A DNA stretch of 35,465 nucleotides from Octopus bimaculoides (GCF_001194135.2 NC_068985.1:67391038-67426502), one strand, 5' to 3'; shown: positions 1 to 12,472, counted from the stretch's first letter. Notes: a model not told the origin generated them from the letters alone. Program-made: numbers and translations.

Positions 1-390
1 CACCCCTACTCCTTCTCTCCTCTTTCTTACTCTCTCTCACTCTCTTCTCTCGTACTCCCCTCTCTTCTCTCGTACTCCCCCCTCTCTCACTCTTACTCTC
101 TACACTCTTACTCTCTCACCCTTACTCTCTCACTCTCACTCTTACTCTCTCACCCTTACTCTCTCACTCTCACTCTCTTCTCTGTTTCCCTCTCTCTCAC
201 TGTCGTCTCTCTCACTCTTTTTCTCTTCCTCTCTTTCTCTCCCCATACCCACCTTCCCCCTCTCTCACATCCACCTTCCCTCTCTTATACCCACACTCTC
301 TCCTCTCTTATACCCACACTCTCTCCTCTCTTCCTCTCTTTCTCTCCTCTCCCATACACACCCTCCCCCTCTCTTACATCCACCTCCCCC
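1..390. repeat. Degenerate CT/CTCA-rich low-complexity tract running into an assembly gap
   Basis: Almost entirely C/T with recurring ctctctcact/cttact units; N run begins at 391. Confidence 0.9.
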
Positions 391-1171
391 NNNNNNNNNN
401 NNNNNNNNNNNNNNNNNNNNNNNNNNNNNNNNNNNNNNNNNNNNNNNNNNNNNNNNNNNNNNNNNNNNNNNNNNNNNNNNNNNNNNNNNNNNNNNNNNNN
501 NNNNNNNNNNNNNNNNNNNNNNNNNNNNNNNNNNNNNNNNNNNNNNNNNNNNNNNNNNNNNNNNNNNNNNNNNNNNNNNNNNNNNNNNNNNNNNNNNNNN
601 NNNNNNNNNNNNNNNNNNNNNNNNNNNNNNNNNNNNNNNNNNNNNNNNNNNNNNNNNNNNNNNNNNNNNNNNNNNNNNNNNNNNNNNNNNNNNNNNNNNN
701 NNNNNNNNNNNNNNNNNNNNNNNNNNNNNNNNNNNNNNNNNNNNNNNNNNNNNNNNNNNNNNNNNNNNNNNNNNNNNNNNNNNNNNNNNNNNNNNNNNNN
801 NNNNNNNNNNNNNNNNNNNNNNNNNNNNNNNNNNNNNNNNNNNNNNNNNNNNNNNNNNNNNNNNNNNNNNNNNNNNNNNNNNNNNNNNNNNNNNNNNNNN
901 NNNNNNNNNNNNNNNNNNNNNNNNNNNNNNNNNNNNNNNNNNNNNNNNNNNNNNNNNNNNNNNNNNNNNNNNNNNNNNNNNNNNNNNNNNNNNNNNNNNN
1001 NNNNNNNNNNNNNNNNNNNNNNNNNNNNNNNNNNNNNNNNNNNNNNNNNNNNNNNNNNNNNNNNNNNNNNNNNNNNNNNNNNNNNNNNNNNNNNNNNNNN
1101 NNNNNNNNNNNNNNNNNNNNNNNNNNNNNNNNNNNNNNNNNNNNNNNNNNNNNNNNNNNNNNNNNNNNNNN
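391..1171. other. Assembly gap (N)
   Basis: Run of N. Confidence 1.
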
Positions 1172-1761
1172 TATATTGGAACGGTCATTTTTTTCTTTAT
1201 AAATAAACACACGCACTATATATTTTTTGTCCACTCGTGTAGTACAGTTGTTATTTTATTATTTTAACTCATGTCCACTGTGACCACTTCAGTGTGTGTA
1301 TTTATTTGGTATAAAAAAAGATTACCATCCCGAAATACAGAAAATCTTCTTTCAACACACGATTTCACATCAGGTATCTTTCAAAACGAATTGAAAAGCA
1401 CACAGGCACATGTATATATATTACACACACAGACAGATATATCTGTGTCTGACCGTTTATGCAGCGTGTGTATTCTATATACATATATTCCCGTGTGTAC
1501 TGGTACACAGGCATATATTCATTTATATACACAAGTCAGAAAATTATTCAGAATATTATTTAATTGCCCGATATCAATGTTTTTCACATCACTCGACAGA
1601 AATTCCCAAATAAGGACATTCTGAATGCAGAAAATAAATAAATAAAAAAAAAATGAAAAATAAAATAAATGAATAACTGTTGGGAATATATTTTTCTATC
1701 TAACGATCGAGAACATCATACAGTCCTGTTTTTATTTCTTTCTTCTCTATATCGTATACAG

Positions 1762-1964
1762 TTAGTCAGCCTACAGTCATCGACTTCCAAAGTTTTTCTT
1801 TGTTTTCTTGTTTATTTGTCTTTGTAAATCTATGTATTCTGTGGATCATCGTGGAAAGTGGACAAGATTTTTCTGCTGGAAGTAGAGTACCTGGTTTCTG
1901 TTGGCACGGGTGAAGACGCTACAAAAGTCTTTCACCAGTCGGACAGCCATCTGACAGTCATGAG
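1762..1964 (+). other. Candidate host exon ending in ATG AG|gtaata (possible 5'UTR plus start codon)
   Basis: Pyrimidine tract then cag at 1759-1761; donor-like GAG|gtaata at 1964/1965; ATG at 1960-1962 with G at -3 and an in-frame upstream stop. No recognisable homology. Confidence 0.3.
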
Positions 1965-1987
1965 GTAATATATATACTGTGTGATGT

Positions 1988-2027
<40 letters not shown>

Positions 2028-2449
2028 CTGATTATCACAAAGATCTCTCTCTCTCTCTTTGTCTCCCTCTTACTCTCTGAACTAGGAACTTCTGCTCTGT
2101 TTCTTTCCAGTTCCCGTGTATTTTGAATACAAGTATCATTTGTAGGTATGTTTTTATTGTATTTTTGTATATTGTAGCGCTTGTCTAAATGCTGAAGTAT
2201 CTGCGAAGGAAATGACGCGGGCTTAGTTCCAGTATGGTCGTATTCTCCTTATGGATCATAAAGGCTTAACATTCTAGCCTGCTGTCCCACTGATATACCG
2301 TACGCCATACTCCTTCGATTTACTGCCAAACATGTCACTTTTTCCACTTAGTCGTGCCATATTTGTTTGAAAGACAAGGTATGAAAATAAGCCTGCTTCT
2401 GTATTTATAAAACTCTTGGAAGACAAGTCAGTGCCCCATGTTTTTTAAC

Positions 2450-2720
2450 TGATCATTCGACATGCATGAACGACTAATCCCAAACAGTCGGGACTCACAT
2501 TCATCCTTTCGATCACTGAATACAGAGTGACTTGCGAAATCTCCATTAGCATGATTTCGCTAGTCACCCTCTAACCCTTGTATGCCAACCCGTTACTAGG
2601 TTACATATTCATAGCTGAGTGGGCTTGAGCAACGTGAAATGAACCCAACGAACAGATGCTCGGCAAATTAGAACCATGATCCCGAGATCGCAAGCTCCCT
2701 AATCCCTAGGCCACACGCCT
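2450..2720 (-). mobile_element. Degenerate tRNA-derived SINE
   Basis: Minus strand starts aggcgtgtggcctagggattag...ggttctaattt (A/B-box-like). Body contains ggttacatattcatagctgagtgg...gagcaacgtgaaatgaa on +, which I recall from octopus SINEs. Confidence 0.6.
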
Positions 2721-2899
2721 GTACACAACATTAGATGGTCAAGGTCTCTCTTGAGTTACTCCGCCCTTTGACAATTTTACTTTTCGTCCCGCAGGATTTC
2801 CAATAATCAGATGAGATTGATCTCCAGCTCTACTGGTAACATGTAACTCAGTACAACCTGTTACACAATCGGATCATCTATCTTACACAGAAATGCCAA

Positions 2900-4200
2900 A
2901 CACCAGGAAACCTCAGACCAGCAAAACATTATCATGAGACTACCCACATTCCAACTAAAGCACTATCAGCTGGAAAAAAATTAAAAATGTATAAGCACAC
3001 GAATTCTATATCTTTGCTAAACATGATAACATAGTAAAATGTCCAATTTGCTGTTACATGAGATCCCTGAGTGAGAATTGTGACAGCTTAATTAAAACAA
3101 AGGAGCAATAACGTAAATGATAATAACGATCTTCTAAAATCTCTCTGACTAAAAAACTGTTTTAAGGAACGGATGCGACGAAGTTCTACAGGCGAATTGG
3201 CAAAAAGGAGAGTTAAAGAAGAAATCAAATAAGATTGAGGAAGTGTAAATGTCCCGGGAGAAGATATCAAGCAACGAAAAAGAGTTAATGCTGAAGATGG
3301 CAGGTTAGAAAGTGAGGAAGAGAGATTGATTGAAGTTAAAGTGCAGTAGTGACAGTCAATAGGGAGAGAAGTGTTAAGGTTTGCTTTTAGAAAGTCTTGT
3401 AAATCTTTTCTATTCTAGGCACAGAGTCCGAGATTTTGGGGGAGGGTGTTAGTCGATTAGGTCGATCCCAGTACGCAACTCGTTCTTAATTTATCGACTC
3501 CGAAAGGATGAAAGGCAAAGTCGACCTCGGCGGAATTTGAACTCAGAATGTAATGACAGACGAAATACCGCTAAGTATTTCGCCCAGCGCGCTAACGTTT
3601 CTGGCAGCTTGCCGCCTTAGAAAGTCTCATCAATGGACAACCACTGGACTGGGCCAGATCCCAAATTTCTGGCTAAAGTGTTTGGCAGAAGTACGTGAAA
3701 ATCTAGCTAAATCTCTAACTGATAATATTCCAAACTCAATGTAAATACCTGCCTGGCTGACTGAAGGAACTACCTACCTCCTAACAAAAAGTTGATGATA
3801 AAACATACGCGAAGAATTATACGATCCAAAACTGTTTGAAAGGAATGACGAAGAACTAGAAGGGTTGCTAACAAATTTAGACGTGTTTGGCAATGACATC
3901 GGGATGTATCTTGGCCTTCATTTTTGTGCTAAAGGATTTTTTGTAAGAGATAATCTAAAACAGACAACGTGTATTAAATTAAGTATCGATAGTACTATCA
4001 TGGAACTTGATCCACAAGAAACTCATAAAATACTAGGGTATAAATGAAGGAGATGACATAGACTATGAAGGGAGAAATAAGGGAATACTATAGGAAACTA
4101 AGGTTTGTAATGAAGGCTGAACTCAACTCTAAAGAATTTATTACACTGGCAATTTCAGTCGTCCATCACACTTTTGATATTATTAAATGGAATCCTATCT
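2900..4200 (+). mobile_element. Decayed R4/Dong-like (RLE-type) non-LTR retrotransposon, RT region, interrupted by a SINE
   Basis: Broken frames give TKFYRRIGKK, RKSHQWTTTGLGQIPNFWLKCL...IPAWLTEGTTYLL, FGNDIGMYLGLHFCAK...ELDPQETHKILG and EYYRKLRFVMKAELN, all matching R4/Dong RT motifs. Stops and an internal deletion are present. Start coordinate approximate. Confidence 0.85.
3398..3616 (-). mobile_element. tRNA-derived SINE with 11-bp TSD
   Basis: Minus strand aaggcggcaagctgccagaaacgttag...gagttcaaattccgccgaggtcgactttgcctttcatcctttcggagtcgataaa (A box, B box, central domain). TSD ttagaaagtct at 3387-3397 and 3617-3627; removing the insert restores the LINE frame FAFRKSHQW. Confidence 0.92.
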
Positions 4201-4642
4201 CAAAGATTATATTGTAAAGTACCACCCACATGTTTAGAAAAATCCTTTCGATTTAAGTGTTTGCGCGGTGTTGTATTATATGAATGTATTTCTGTGCAGT
4301 GTTATATGAATGTATTTCTCTGAAACTTCACTTGCACCAGGCCACTGAATGTGCACCAGGAAGTGATTGCATAAAACGGTTGCATTAACAATATAAACAA
4401 CAACAACAACAACAACAACAGTTTTTGTAGATTGGGCAACTGTTTTATCAAAGCTGAACAGAACTGGTAAGGAATTCAATATGACTGGTGGACGCCTCCT
4501 AAGGGCAGGAGTGGCAAGGGAACTGGCAGAGAAAATGGAATGCTCCCACATTGCTATAGAGAAGATTCTTCCCTCGATGGGAAAGGTTCAGAAGTATGGA
4601 GCAAGGGTTCCGCATGCTTTAAGTGACAACAGCAAAAAATCA

Positions 4643-5258
4643 NNNNNNNNNNNNNNNNNNNNNNNNNNNNNNNNNNNNNNNNNNNNNNNNNNNNNNNNNN
4701 NNNNNNNNNNNNNNNNNNNNNNNNNNNNNNNNNNNNNNNNNNNNNNNNNNNNNNNNNNNNNNNNNNNNNNNNNNNNNNNNNNNNNNNNNNNNNNNNNNNN
4801 NNNNNNNNNNNNNNNNNNNNNNNNNNNNNNNNNNNNNNNNNNNNNNNNNNNNNNNNNNNNNNNNNNNNNNNNNNNNNNNNNNNNNNNNNNNNNNNNNNNN
4901 NNNNNNNNNNNNNNNNNNNNNNNNNNNNNNNNNNNNNNNNNNNNNNNNNNNNNNNNNNNNNNNNNNNNNNNNNNNNNNNNNNNNNNNNNNNNNNNNNNNN
5001 NNNNNNNNNNNNNNNNNNNNNNNNNNNNNNNNNNNNNNNNNNNNNNNNNNNNNNNNNNNNNNNNNNNNNNNNNNNNNNNNNNNNNNNNNNNNNNNNNNNN
5101 NNNNNNNNNNNNNNNNNNNNNNNNNNNNNNNNNNNNNNNNNNNNNNNNNNNNNNNNNNNNNNNNNNNNNNNNNNNNNNNNNNNNNNNNNNNNNNNNNNNN
5201 NNNNNNNNNNNNNNNNNNNNNNNNNNNNNNNNNNNNNNNNNNNNNNNNNNNNNNNNNN
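4643..5258. other. Assembly gap (N)
   Basis: Run of N. Confidence 1.
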
Positions 5259-5379
5259 AGTGAGAGCTTGGTTGGATCAGTTTTTCGAGTCGAAATTCGG
5301 CGATTTCTACCAACGAGGTTTTGAAAATCTTGTTGAACGTTGGGAAGAAGTTGTAAACAACAAGGGTGAATACATTATT

Positions 5380-5689
5380 TACATTCGATGGATATTTGTC
5401 CTCGTCTTGTTTGCTATTAACCCAACGTTTCGGCTGATATACCCTCCAGGCTTCTTCAGGTGTCTTGGGGAAATCTCGAACCTGGGTTCTCATTCCTAAG
5501 GTATTTTTTGATATTATTATTATTATTATTACTATAATAATAATAATAATTATTATTATTATTATCATTATTATTATTATTATCGTCATTGTTATTATTA
5601 TTATTATTGTTCAGGTCACTGCTTGGAATCGAACTCAGAATATTGGGGTTAGTAGCCCGCGTTCTCAAACACTACGCCATATGCCAGTG
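5380..5689 (-). mobile_element. tRNA-headed SINE with internal (AAT)n and a hammerhead-bearing 3' module; 16-bp TSD
   Basis: Minus strand: tggcatatggcgtagtgtttgagaacgcgggctactaacccc...gagttcgattcc (A/B boxes), then (AAT)n, then ccttaggaatgagaacccaggttcgag...HHR...tgtaaataatgta. TSD gggtgaatacat(t/c)att at 5364-5379 and 5690-5705. Confidence 0.88.
5420..5464 (-). ncRNA. Minimal type I hammerhead ribozyme motif (degenerate copy)
   Basis: gacac CTGAAGA a gcctg-gagggtatat-cagcc GAAA cg TT gggt; one mismatch each in stems I and II. Confidence 0.75.
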
Positions 5690-6182
5690 GGGTGAATACA
5701 TCATTGATTAATTAGTTGTAATTTTTTATTAAACCTTTTAAAAACTTAAATTTAAAAAAAACGACAGGATCTTAGTTGCAAACACAATACATACGTAGAA
5801 AGTAAGGTGGAAAAGAGTTGATATTAGTTAATACTAGTAGAAGACAGTGTGGAGGTAGCTGTAGAAGATACAGACCCCTATGTAGGTAATAGTGAAGAAA
5901 GTTTATTAATAGCTGCTAGAGTCATAGCAAGACATAGGAAAACAAAAAGATCAAAGTATGTATGTGTGGGGGAGATGAAAAATATGAGGGCCTGTGTGTT
6001 TGTATGTATGTAAGTGACCCCGTGCGTACATTATGTGGATTGATATGCGTTGGATTGATATGCGTTACGTGTACTTGTATGCATATGTGTTTACATATGG
6101 ACGAGTGTGCGTATGTGTGCGCTTATCCTGTTTGCGTGCAAACGCATTGGCCTGGGTGCGTGTGTATGTGCATTAGTAACGT

Positions 6183-6222
<40 letters not shown>

Positions 6223-6349
6223 CATAATTATGTATAAATATATGTGGGTCCGCGTGGATGTATATTTTATGTTATTGTATAGCAGCATTCTTTTTGCACA
6301 AATCCTATCCGAGTCAATACGATATAATATTCTGCACACTTCCCGTTAT

Positions 6350-6703
6350 GTTGTTGTTGGCACTCCGTCGCTTACGACGTCGAGGGTTCCAGTTGATACG
6401 ATCAACGGAACAGCCTGCTCGTGAAATTAACGTGCAAATGGTTGAGCACTCCACAGACACGTGTACCCTTAACGTAGTTCTTGGGGATATTCAGCGTGAC
6501 ACAGTGTGACAAGGCGGACCCTTTGAATTATAGGCACAGAGAGAAAGTTGTGGTGAAAGAGTACAGCAGGGTTCGCCACCATCCCCTGCCGGTGCCTCGT
6601 GGAGCCTTTAGGTGTTTTCGCTCAATAAGCACTCACAACGCCCGGTCTGGGAATAGAAACCGCGATCCTATGACCGCGAGTCCGCTTTCCTGCGCATCCA
6701 ACG
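6350..6703 (-). mobile_element. tRNA-derived SINE with (AAC)n tail and 11-bp TSD
   Basis: Minus strand tRNA-like head (gcggactcgcggtcataggatcgcggtttctattcccagaccgggcg), tail ...gccaacaacaac; TSD cttcccgttat at 6339-6349 and 6704-6714. Confidence 0.92.
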
Positions 6704-9599
6704 CTTCCCGTTATAAAATGGCATATATATCATATTAGTTTTACACACTATTTCTTATTAGGATTACGTAGTATATATAACTTGCTAAAGAACATATTCT
6801 TGTTTCAGTACTCGATTTCTTGATAGTTGATAGTTGATAGTTTTTATTTATTTATTTTTTGGTTTCCAAAACGAATAGTGAAGTTGTAGATCGATTCCTC
6901 TCTAACTTGCACAATTAGGAAGAAAAAGAGGCGTTCTTATAATTCATAACATTCTTAAGTTTTGCATGTCACAGTCACCCAACAACTCAGCAGTCTTTTA
7001 TTTGTAACCACCCATCTTTCCTAGTCTATTCTTGCAGGTATATTTATATCACGTTTATCATTTTTGGATTAAATTTCTCAGGCAGTCCCTTATGCCTAAA
7101 CCAGTTGCTCAATTGATTTTCCTTTCCGAGTTAAAATATATGTGCATATATCCATTAGTGATCAAAAAGAAAATCGGGCGTACCTTTGCAAAAAGGTAGC
7201 AAGAATATTAGAAGCTAGCAAAAATATTTTCCTTCGCCTAAAATATCAAACACGTGAACAGGTTCACTTGCTACTATGTCAGTACTGTTTGTCGGTTACA
7301 CATTTCCGATATTTTTTTTTTTCCGTATTTAAGCTCGATCAGTTGTTAATTCTAATTATGTTAGCATGACTAATATTAAGGTATTTCTAAAAGCAAAAGA
7401 TTTCTTGAATATTATTGTTTTATTGATCTACAACGTTACTAAGTGCTAGCAAGGTCAATGTGAAAATATGCATGTCACATGATTGGATTTATGTTGCTAT
7501 TTTAAGTCCCTTTAGCTGACACTTGTGTTTACTCCAATGAATACAAAAGCTATTTAGTACATTGTATTAGAATGGATAACATGATATTGGGTTGAATTGT
7601 TAATTTTGCACATTAATTTAGTTGAAAAAGTGAGTAAAATATAAATAATCAATCAAATCAATACGAACAAAACAATTGTAAGTTTTCTTTGATGTTCTTT
7701 TTATGTAGTTCGCGTATGTTATTCCACAATATATAAATATGCATATATTTATACATATATATTCATGTAGGCACATGCATTTATATGTGCGTGTGTGTTT
7801 ATACATAAATATACACACATAGGCATATGTGTGTGTATTTACATATATACAAATTCGCATATATGCTTATATACAAATTTTAATATTTGCCTCTGTAACT
7901 CCTATAGCAAAGGGCTAAATCAGTGTTAGAAAGGCAAGGAAATAAACAGAATAGAATGTATTGATCTTCACAAAGCCTCTTTCTTCCGCTTTACGCTCCT
8001 GCAATGATGAGATAAAAGTAGAACTATGTTAACATCTGTTTTAATTTAGAATTTCCTTTTCTCAAACAAATTACATTACAAAAATAAATGCATTATAAGG
8101 AATGGAGTAGTAGAGAATTTTTACAACTTTCCATAAATCTAATAATATTGTATAAGAAATTATTGATAAAAATGCACATTAACATACATTAATATGTGGC
8201 ACAGCAATTTAATATTTTTCTTTTATGAAAGCTAATTTTAATATATAAGGATGAAAAAGATGCTAAAGAAAACTACAGTAGGGAAATTGATTATTGATAA
8301 TGTTTGTATTAAAATAAAGCGACGGACGTATATACATGTTAAATCGGTGAAAATCCATATTTTGGTTATCAGAAAGAAAGAGAAGAAAATGAAAGTGTTC
8401 ATTCTTACCACAGCTACTGAAAACTACATGTAAACACGCGCGCATGTATGTGTGTGTATATGCTTATAATTATGTATGTGAAAGTGGACAATGTGCAGAC
8501 CTATATGAGATCTCTACAATGCCAACTTTTACACAATCTATCCGTGTCACATGATGAATATGATATTTTCTATCCCATCAGTATGACTCTGATTAATAGA
8601 GGAGCAAGATCTTTATAATCTCAAAGATTTTCAAAGGTATTATGTCTGTGGATGCATTGGAATTCATCCGCTCTATGACTTGGAATACAGTCACGCTATT
8701 TCCGGGCTCACCATAATAATAAAATGGTATATTATGCAAAATTACTCCACATATTCTTATTTGAAACTGCACCAATGTTTTAAATATAATAAAAGATGTT
8801 GTGTAATTGTTTTGCAAAATAATTAAAGTCTTCAATGTGTAATTTAAGAAAATAATCGAACGCAAATCCAATTATTCAACACAAAATCTTGAATGTGAGG
8901 ACACGGTATTTTACTGCTGATTTAGAGCAGTTTCTTTTGTTTATTCTTACATTAATTCTTCTTTCACGACCTGTGAACATCCTACATTTATATGTTCCAA
9001 GTTACGCTTCGCTCAGCTCCTTTATTAAAATTTCTTTCGAATATGTCAGCTACGAAGTTAGTGAATTTTACAGAGAGGGGCAATAATCAATAAATAAAGT
9101 CATGTTGATATCTTGGGATTTATACGGATCTATATTAATCTTTATTAATTAGTTATGCTGGACATTTATCTTACAACATCACGTACTTGTCAAAGTTAAT
9201 TTTAAACGGCACATTTACGAGGCTGCATTTTAATTAAAATATATATACTAAACGCATCTGAATAAGAATTTGCTTTAAAATAGCTTCTTGCAGTGAAGCA
9301 TAAACAATGTTGGACAGAATATTTAACATATTTTATTTCCTTCAAGATCATACTAAAGAAGTATAAAAGTATGTTCTTTTCAATAGATACATCATGATTT
9401 ATATTTATTATACCATAATGGTTCTAGAATCTGCAGCAGCACAACTGATCCCAAAGTATGCATTCTAAAATAAGACTCTTACAGAAAACATGACATACTC
9501 GTAAATGGTATTCTTTTTATTTTGTTACATACTTCAGCCCAAAGGCTGTGGCCATGATCGAGCACCAGCAGTGTAAACAGCTTTTCAGAAGCCAGTCTA

Positions 9600-10920
9600 A
9601 TACGACTGGTTTTTGGTGAAAGAGGGAGTTCGACGCAGATGCCCTCTTTTGAGTTTCTTGCCGTGATATAGGTTCATCTGGGACGTTGGTTGGCTAGAGA
9701 TCAACTTTTTCCTTGAAGACATCTATCATCACTTAATGACGATTGCTCAGATGTTTTGGGAAGGCATTAAGTAGCTGTGGGTCGTTGAATCCCAAGCTAC
9801 TGTAGTATATGTTCCTCAATCTAGACGGGATAGATTGTACATTTGGAGCAGTACAATGATGTCCAGTTCGGGGTTCAGTATAGCTCTTGATATAAAGGTT
9901 TAGTAAAATCTCCTAGATGATCTTCTCATATGTGTACCATTGCAAACCTCTCCCGTATTCGCTCCGAGAAGTAGAGTCGTATTTATTTTGGTCTCTCGCA
10001 TTAACTGTTCCATTGCTACAATCTTCTCTTCCCGAACTTGCAAACCTCTAAATCATCTACCCAAACCTGTGAATGAAGCTCGGAAAACATTCAACAGAGA
10101 AGTAGTTCCGTGAACACATTTTCAAATATTACGAATGACCATAATCTTACGCATCGAAACGTCACCAATGGAATTGTCTTTGAACAGTTGAAGTAGAATT
10201 AGAAACGGAAAATGCCCTGACTCAGTAATAATTAAGAATTCCTTCAGCTATATTGAAACTATTGTTCTACGTCAAGACTACAAGATATTCTGATCTGTGC
10301 TCCATTTACATGCTGTTGCGGCAATGTATTTAGCTCTTCCCATACTAGATATCATGAAGCAGAAAACTATGTTGGCCATGGTATATCACAGAAATTCACG
10401 AGCAAAAGAGAAGTCAGAAACTCTACCAATATTGTTCAGCCAACTCATGCTACTGCAGAAAAATTGAATAGCACCATTAGTACTATCAAGTACTTTCAAA
10501 TAAGTGTCTGGTCTTGCCAGCAAGTGACTACTGTCATACTAGTCACATATATTCCTTTGGTTAGAAGTCAATCAGCTTCAGGTTATGACAAGTGTATGTG
10601 TTTCGAAAGAGTTTGTCTTAAGACATTTAAAAGTGACGGAAAGTTGTAGGAAACAATATGACAAATTCATTATTGAGAACATGAGTGTGAACTCCAGATT
10701 ATGGGACCCTTCTGATTAAATATCACGTGTTTCTTGAAACTGCTGAAACTAACGAAACCCATCACGATGCATAAACATCCGTTACTCATGACCACTATTT
10801 TCTACAGTAATCGCTGAGAATCCAAAAATTTAGATTGTAGACGATATAGTACAGCAAATGACAAAGAAACTAGTGATAAAGAATACGGCCATAAATCCTG
10901 GCTAATCATTCAAAGACAAC
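9600..10920 (-). mobile_element. Highly decayed CR1-like LINE, ORF2 3' half
   Basis: Minus strand gives YTYEKII*EILLN...PRTGHHCTAP...DPQLLNAFPKHLSN...DVFKEKVD...VPDEP...RASASNSLFHQ, matching the CR1 ORF2 C-terminus. Weaker remnants of YRPISLTS (~10885-10910) and the FADD region lie upstream; the upstream boundary is uncertain. Confidence 0.65.
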
Positions 10921-11737
10921 GTTAAGTGTTGGTAGTAGATACTAACAATATTATCTGACTTCTAATACCACAATGGTAACTCCGTGGAACTAAATATAAC
11001 GGAGAAAATTTACGATTCATATCCCAGACACTTCCACTTTAGAGCCGCACAGTCATTAAGTACATACGTACACGTTGGACAAAGCGAAAACCAGATGAAA
11101 TGAGTATTGTTACACTCACAACATTCAATAAGGACGTAACCTCTGCAAAGGTATCCACTAGGTTAATATGAAACAAACAATGAGGGAAGTTGACATGCTA
11201 TCAGAAGTACACGGGCGTAAGAATACTGATTCATATATGATTTGTTTAGTAGCATCTGCATTACAAAGCTATTCTTCAATACACATATCAATATATTGCT
11301 ACAAGATTTGCAAACCACCTGTGGTATCTATGCAATTCCTATCAGACATGATTGCAATTCGGTCAATCTGAGGAACAAAGCATCGTGCAATTAGCGATAT
11401 ATGAGGTTTGACAGATATATCATCTCAACACTGATGACACTCAGATAAGTAAGCGACCAAACACAAATAGTAAGTAACGCGTTTTTCAGTTCATTCTTTG
11501 TTTTGCTCTGAATCACAAGTATTATTCATCAAAAGTAGCAATTTTTTCTTTTTTGCAAACACCTGGCAGGAAAAAAGGAGTGGATTCCAAAGTTGTATTC
11601 ATTTAGGAGCGCAGTGAATGATTGTGTATACAGAGGTGGGATTATTCCAAACCAAGGAAAAGCGGTTCTTTAGTTTTTACTTTTATCAAAATAAGTATGG
11701 GGAGATACTAACAATCACTACAAAAACTGCACCTACA

Positions 11738-12065
11738 ATTATTATTGTATGCTGGACTTTTGCTTTGTATTTGTCAAAGTTGACTCCGAGTCTCATCCAG
11801 ATACCTCAAGAGACAACAAGTTAGAAGTTCAATTTGGTATTACGCCTAGAGTGTCATATATTTCGATTTGCACAGTATTGTTCTAGAGAATGTTTAAGGA
11901 ATCATTATAAGTTTGTTTTAAAATTTGAGATCACATAGACAGTATTTTACGGAGGATATGGGCAGTTCCCTTGAGCACTATCTTTTGAATTTCTGGCATA
12001 TGAGGGTTTCCTGGTATCTCAGCTAGGTAGGAATCAGCCCCTTTTGCTATAATTCCTAGAGCACC

Positions 12066-12067
<2 letters not shown>
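11738..12067 (-). mobile_element. R4/Dong-like LINE 3' fragment (copy A)
   Basis: ITGALGIIAKGADSYLAEIPGNPHMPEIQKIVLKGTAHILRKILSM*, then a 3' UTR and short (AAT)n tail at 11738-11746. Confidence 0.85.
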
Positions 12068-12099
<32 letters not shown>

Positions 12100-12472
12100 T
12101 AGTTTTATTTTTATAACGTACTTTCACTTCACTACCGAGCGCAGCTCTGTGCGCCTTGGGTATGTGCTGTGGTTTGCTGTGGTGCTCTTATGTTTACTGT
12201 ATTGAAAGTGTTTTGCGTAGAATGTGTGCAGTACCCAGTAGTGCAATTTTCTGTATGTTATATATATTTGTAAGTCCTGGTGTTTTTGTTATGTATTTGT
12301 CTGAATATTTTTTTATTATACCTAAGGCACCTACTATGATAGGAATTGTTTCTGTTTTTAGATTCCACATTCGAGTTATCTCTATTTCCAGGTCTTTGTA
12401 TTTTGAAAGTTTTTCCATTTCTTTTAGAGAAACGTTGTCATCTGCTGGTATTGAAACATCAATTAGAAGGCA

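Larger units (their letters stand above)
4510..5789 (+). mobile_element. Mariner (Mos1-like) transposon relic spanning the gap, interrupted by the HHR-SINE
   Basis: ARELAEKMECSHIAIEKILPSMGKVQKYGARVPHALSD before the gap; RAWLDQFFESKFGDFYQRGFENLVERWEEVVNNKGEYII after it; 3' TIR-like aaaacgacaggatcttagttgcaaacacaa-TA ending at 5789. 5' TIR not found. Confidence 0.9.

Noticed and set aside
265-1234. Long ORFs 265-1212 and 374-1234 (likewise 4481-5589, 24020-24307, 28800-29640)
   Set aside because: They are open only because they run through N gaps; the real part of 4481-5499 is mariner transposase.
5610-5689. tRNA gene (also 2650-2720, 3530-3616 and 6620-6703)
   Set aside because: A/B boxes are present, but I could not build a complete cloverleaf and each continues into a SINE body, three of them with TSDs; these are SINE heads.
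5456-5695. Poly-I/N/L/Y/V ORFs here and at 12156-12669, 13857-14102, 14737-14925, 29473-29680 and 33456-34621
   Set aside because: Translations of (AAT)n, (TAC)n and (TA)n microsatellites, not proteins.
8593-8871. Minus ORF with GEPGNSVTVFQVIERMNSNAST, reminiscent of GPCR TM1; a + frame has a TatD-like GIHP
   Set aside because: No further TM helices or family motifs follow; AT-rich chance similarity is more likely.
10320-11450. Fragments resembling an Academ transposase (+) or kinase/ABC transporter motifs (-, VSDFSFARE, IVFCFMISS)
   Set aside because: Motif order is inconsistent, and the region up to ~10920 is better explained as the decayed minus-strand CR1 RT continuous with the clear 3' end at 9600-9990. 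10920-11450 remains unassigned.
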